DNA of 64,000 nt. It comes from the human T2T-CHM13v2.0 reference genome, Homo sapiens. This document shows positions 58,801 through 64,000 of this stretch, in pieces (position 1 is the first letter of the stretch; the number at the start of each line of letters is the position of its first letter). The notes under the pieces are model-generated. The model saw only the letters and a list, made by a program, of their open reading frames with translations. It did no database searches and was not told where the DNA came from. The stretch lies in assembly GCF_009914755.1 (NCBI RefSeq), contig NC_060930.1; one strand, written 5' to 3'. Position numbers and translations under genes: made by a program.

Positions 58801-60479
58801 TGTCCTCCCCCCATATAAAATTTCTGTTCCCTTCTTCAGAGTCATTTAAGTGGATATTTAAAAAATAGAGTTATTAAGCTTTTGAAACACTTCAAATACG
58901 TCAGCCTATGCATATTAAAATTTTAATGCAGCAAATTTACTAATATTTGCAAAACCAGTTTAGATAGAGATAATATATAGATATATAGTCAGATTCTGAC
59001 CATGTCCTAAGTGTTCTTAGTATCTATTGATGAATAGATTTCATTAATTTAATGAGATGATAGTATACTAAAACTTGTCTAAGTAAATGGTTGGCGTCCT
59101 TGAAACTTCCTATTGAATACAACATGAGTAAAATGTTCGTGTAAAGTAAATATTTTTCAAATAGGGATGTGTTATTGGTGTTTCTTAAATATAGATTACT
59201 TGCTGCTGCTTTTTAAATTGGATATAAACTTTAAAGTGAACAGCATTGTAGGAAGTTGAAGAGGAAGAAAATATATTATTTTGAGAAGGTATTATTTAAA
59301 TCTATATAAATCCAACTTAATTAAGGACATTGGATAATTACTATTAAGGTCACAAATTTATAAAAATTTACAAACTAACATGAAGTTTAACAGCTTTATT
59401 CAAGAGTAAAGTTCATGAATTGACTGAAAGAGCTCCTCCTAACCAAAAAAAAAAAAACTTCTGTATTTTTCCATAGAACTAAGGTCTTAATTCCTTCTAT
59501 CAATCATGTGTTTTCCCCGTTTGCATTGAAGGCTCCCTACTCTGTCCTGCAGCAGCAGTCCCTCCTGTTGGCAGGGCTTTTCTCTCCTCCTGGGGGCTTC
59601 CTGCAGTCCACTTCAAACAGGGCTCTGGTTCCCTAGCGGGCCTGTTAAATTATTACCCTCAGGTGTTGATTCATCCTTGGCATTGTTGCATTTTACCATT
59701 TTGTAGTATTCAGGCATGGGGGAAGGGGAAGAGAGTTGAAGAAGATCAAAGTAGCAGTACTGAAGTTGGAGCTTTAGAGGTGGGGATGAGCCCTCAGCCC
59801 CTCTGCTGTTCCTCCCTGCCCTTCCCCCGCCTGACCCCAGCCTACCCCCACCACCCCCTGACTTTCTGCCCTCTCAAGCCTAATCAGAAGACAGAGGGGG
59901 CTATGTGCTTGAACTGTTTACTTACAAGCACTTTATTTTTACTTTTGCATACAAGCAACAAACGGTTTAACACTACATGATGTTTTATTGTATAGTACAA
60001 CTGTATAAACAGAAGATAACAGATGAGGACTTACTATTTTTTTGATTCGGTGGTTTTTGAACATACACTCTATTCTCTGTAAGACACTGTGGGGGAAGGT
60101 TATGATGAGCAAGAGACTCCTTGTTCCCAGGCAGTGCTGAGTGAAATAGTTAATAAATTTTTATGGAGCGGGACCCAATTATTACTTGTGTTATAGAGCA
60201 CAAATATGAAACTCCATGAGAAAAGCACATCAAAGGGAAACACCAGCATGGTTTTTAAATATCTGTAATCAGTAAAGTATTGCATGTTCTTTTTAGAAAA
60301 TCAGAAAATACTCAATTTATTAAACTAAAAACACAGTCACTCTACCCAGAGTTAACCACACTTTGGCACATTTAATTTTCCATATATGTGTGTGTGTGTA
60401 TCTGTATATCTGTCTATCTATATATATATATATTTGGTCTTTTTTTAATTTTTGTTTCATAAAATGTATGACTCAGTCT

Positions 60480-61450
60480 ATCTTGCTTTTTAAAAACTCT
60501 ACATTATCTTATGAATATTTCACCATAGAATTGAAAGTTATTTGCATAATATATCAGAGCACATAATAATTTATGTATGTAATCATTTTCTTATTTGGGG
60601 ATATTTCTGTTCCTTTCAGAATTTATCCTCTTATAAATAATTCATTGAATATATTTGTGCATAAATCTTCTCATATTCCTGATTTTCTTAGAGTGAACTT
60701 CTAGAAATGCAATTTCAGGTCAAAGGTCATGCATATTTTAAAGCTCCTGAACATTTTGCCAGATAGCATTCCATCAAGCTTATACCATTGAAAAGTCAAA
60801 GCCAGCATGGCAGAGGAGTTCTTGTCTCATGCCTGTCAGCACCTTGTTTTGTCATTGTAAACTATAATTGTTGCTGTTCTGTTCCCTTCTTCAAAGTCAT
60901 TTAAATGGATATTTTAAAAAGTAGAGGGTTATTAAGCTTCTGAAACACTTCAAATACAACTTCAACCTATGCATATCTATTAAAAGTTTAATGCAGCAAA
61001 TTTACTAATATTTGCAAAACCAGTTTAGACAAAGATAATATATAGATATATAGCCAGATCATGACTTTCATGATGTAAGTGTTGGTTAAGTAAAAATTAT
61101 GAGTTTTTTAGTTTGGCAGATTTTTAGTTTATTTTTAAAAGTACAATATGCAAACAGAAAATTATACATATCATAAATATGCAGTTTTGTGAATTTTCAT
61201 AAAACTGGATACACCCATGTAATCCGTACCCAGAGAAGACATCGAATGTGATCAATTCCCAGAATCCTCCCTCATGCCCTCTTCACAATCATACCCCTTC
61301 TTCCTGACTTTCAACACTGTAGATCAATATTGCCTGTGTTCTACTTTGTATAAATGGAATTTCGTGTAATGTATGTATTTTTTGTGTGTCTGGCTTCTTT
61401 TGCTTAACTTTGTATTTGTAAAATTTATGCATTTTGCTATGTGAGAGCAT
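60480..61450 (-). mobile_element. Old L1ME/MC fragments (60480-60870 and 61120-61450)
   Basis: ttctagaaatgcaatttcaggtcaaaggtcatgcatatttt; tgaattttcataaaactggatacacccatgtaa...tgtgtctggcttcttttgct. Confidence 0.6.
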
Positions 61451-62279
61451 GTGTTTGTTATAGTCTCCATTCGTTTTTGTTTTGTGGCCCTAATGTTGAG
61501 TGAGACCTCATTAAGATGTCATGTCTTGATACACCTTACATGGTCTCTGAATGATCTTTGCTTGTTTCCTATTCAGCATAGATCTCATGGCTCACCTTTT
61601 CAACCACTAATCTTCCAACAGTCTTAAGTTCCTGTCTCCTTTTCTCTTCATCTTCTTTACATTGTGGCCTTTGGCTGCTGGTTGTTTTTGCTGTCCTCTT
61701 CATCGGACTTCCTTTGGTGGGTTTGAAGTGGCTATTTCCATACTCACCACAGCCCAGCAGCTGGATGTGGTAAGGACAGGGAGAACAAGCCTGCACACCT
61801 CTCTTACACTCCCTTCCATTAGATAGGATGCAGTCATGTGTACACTTACATATAAGAGATATTCTAAAGTACAGAATTATGGTTGGGGGCCCAGGAGCAC
61901 AACTTAAATCCTATTTATTGCAAAGGAAGAAGGAAATCATAAAATACTGGGGATAACTATGAAATGTGCTAGAAAACCCTACCAATTTGTTCTTTATTCT
62001 CAGCTAGGCCATTAATCCTGCCTGGAAATTATTCTGTTTCACAGACAACTCTCTTTTATTTCTAATAGTATTTATTTAAAAACTTCTCCACTCTCCTTAA
62101 ACTTACTATGTTTCATCTTGCCTTCATAGTTCCACATTTGAAGGTCCTGACTCCCACTTCACGGATAAATTAAAAGCCTGTCTATTGTGCCTCATTCTGT
62201 AAATGGCCAATTCTCTCTATATATATTCTGGGTCTCCTACCATTTCAGAGGTTACCAAAAACTTTTGTGTTAACCCAGT

Positions 62280-63380
62280 GATTTTTTTTTTTTTTTTTGG
62301 TCCTTTACTTTCTTAACCTCTGCTAAATTTATCACTATTGACGTGTTAACTACTTCTTAAAATATTCTTTTTTTAGCTTTCTAAGACAGTATCTTTCTGG
62401 CTTTCCTGCCATCTTTTGATTCTCTTTTTTTCTTATATCATGTATATGTTCCTCTTTTATGCTTATCCCTTAAGCAATGTTGCTTCCCAGTGTTCTATCA
62501 CTTGTATCTTTTTACTTACCACACTTTTCTGGGGTGACCTCTTCCATACCCATAGCTTGAATACCCAGTATATGCTGGTGAATCTTAAATCTCTGTTTCC
62601 AGCATAGATCTCTTCTGTGAAGCTTCCTGCTGACTGCTGGATATCTCTACTTGCATATCCCTTGTGCACCTTAAACTCAACATGTCCAGAATTGAACTCA
62701 CATGCATCTGCAAAGATTCTCCTCTTTCTTTTCTTCTTATCTTGGTGCATCGTGCCTTCTTCATCACAGAAATCTGGATGTCCATCCTGATTCTTTTTTC
62801 ATGCTCTCTCCTCGTATTTAATCAATCACAATTCCCTAGAAAAATGTGTCTTCTTAAAATTTCTAGAATCTATTGACTTTCATTGATCTCTACTGTTACT
62901 ACTCCAGTTCATACCCATAATCTGTCACCTTGGTAGTGGAGTCTCTTGATCATTTCCCTGCATGTGGTTTTCTCTTCTAATCTATGCATCCAGACATGTA
63001 AGACCCCCATGGTGTGGTGCCTGCTGACATTTCCACCTTCTTCTCCGATCCTCCATGTTCTCTATGCTCATCTCCATGTCTTGGTTTTTACATGTGTTGC
63101 CCACTCTGCCTGGAATGTCCTACATTTCTTTGTCTAGCTTCTGTTTAGATTTCGAAAAAAAAGGTAACAGTTTTCTCTGCCAACAACCTTTGTCTGACTC
63201 ACACACTCCCAAGGTTTCATGAAGAATCCCTCGTATGTATTCCCCAAAGCTTGCCGTTATGATAGATTACTTAGAAAAATGTATTTTAATTTTCTACTGA
63301 TTTGATGTTACCTTTACTAGACTTTGAGCTTCTCATTCCTCACTGTATCTATAGATGTTATTTAAAATATTTAACACGAG
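62280..63380 (+). mobile_element. L2 fragments
   Basis: ctgctggatatctctacttg..tatcc...accttaaactcaacatgtccagaattgaactc; ctctgcctggaatgtcct. Confidence 0.7.
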
Positions 63381-63429
63381 ATACAGCATTGGCATGGATC
63401 CAATAGAAAGAAGGGTGGGGCCCTTTGCT

Positions 63430-63720
63430 ATGCCAGGCTATATCTCTTCAATTCACTGGACTTCACCTGGCTTCCTCCTTTCTGCACCATGGCCTGAAAA
63501 TTTTCCCCAGGGGGTAAACTGGAGCAATCATAGGGCTCACCAGATTTGTTTTCCATTTCCCAGGGAGCACTGTCTCATGCTGCCTGATGTTCAATATCTT
63601 GAGAAACATTATTATCTGTATTTTATTTATCTCTTTTTAGTTTTTTTCAGGTGGAAAGATAAGTTAGTTCCCTGTTACTCCATCTTAGGTAAAAGCAGAA
63701 GTTACACCATGTCTGTTACC
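63430..63720 (-). mobile_element. Old L1M 5'-region fragment
   Basis: ctggagcaatcatagggctcacc...tgctgcctgatgttcaatatcttga...ccctgttactccatctt. Confidence 0.55.
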
Positions 63721-63804
63721 TGTTTGAGGTGGGTGACGTTATATGTCAGTTATGAACTTTTATTGATATACTTAGAGAATAACTTAAAGATGAAGGGACA
63801 TCAG

Positions 63805-64000
63805 AAATAAGCATTTCTGGAGCCTTTATTTTATGCCATATTTTTTATGTACATGAATTTATTTCATCCAATTTGGTAAATCTTATTGTCCTGTTTTACA
63901 GATGGGCAAATTGTAACTAACCCTGTAACTAACCAAAGTTCACAAAGCTAGTCACATCCAGCTTTCAAACTCAGGCTTGGCTGCTATCAAACCTGCCTCC
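63805..64000 (-). mobile_element. MIR
   Basis: tgttttacagatgggcaaattg...caaagttcacaaagctagt...ttcaaactcagg. Confidence 0.6.

Noticed and set aside
63355-63810. 151-aa ORF
   Set aside because: Runs through an old L1M fragment; no domain recognised.

Overview
Primate (almost certainly human) AT-rich intronic DNA from the EYA4 gene (6q23), on the + strand. The only coding sequence I can support is a 50-nt exon at 31254-31303 encoding VKKTCTESDVSQSQNSR, recognised from memory as the N-terminal EYA4 peptide after MEDSQDLNEQS (exon 3). The rest is intron 2 and intron 3. It holds about 12 Alu-family elements, L1/L2/MIR/CR1 fragments, MaLR and ERVL solo LTRs, a MER33 DNA transposon, microsatellites and a deleted class III ERV (LTR-PBS-gag/pro/RNaseH/IN-LTR). 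The ORF track is essentially noise. I see no new protein-coding system. The most unusual signals are structural: (i) a multi-template insertion in the ERV LTR, made of a 17-bp direct copy from 1 kb upstream plus an 84-bp near-perfect inverted copy from 0.8 kb downstream; (ii) further kilobase-range local duplications of 100-190 bp; (iii) a 123-nt poly(A)-tailed, TSD-flanked retro-insertion of unrecognised sequence; (iv) an exon 3 acceptor that is immediately followed by a donor-like motif (recursive-splice geometry). Repeat family names are from memory of consensus sequences and need Dfam/RepeatMasker confirmation.
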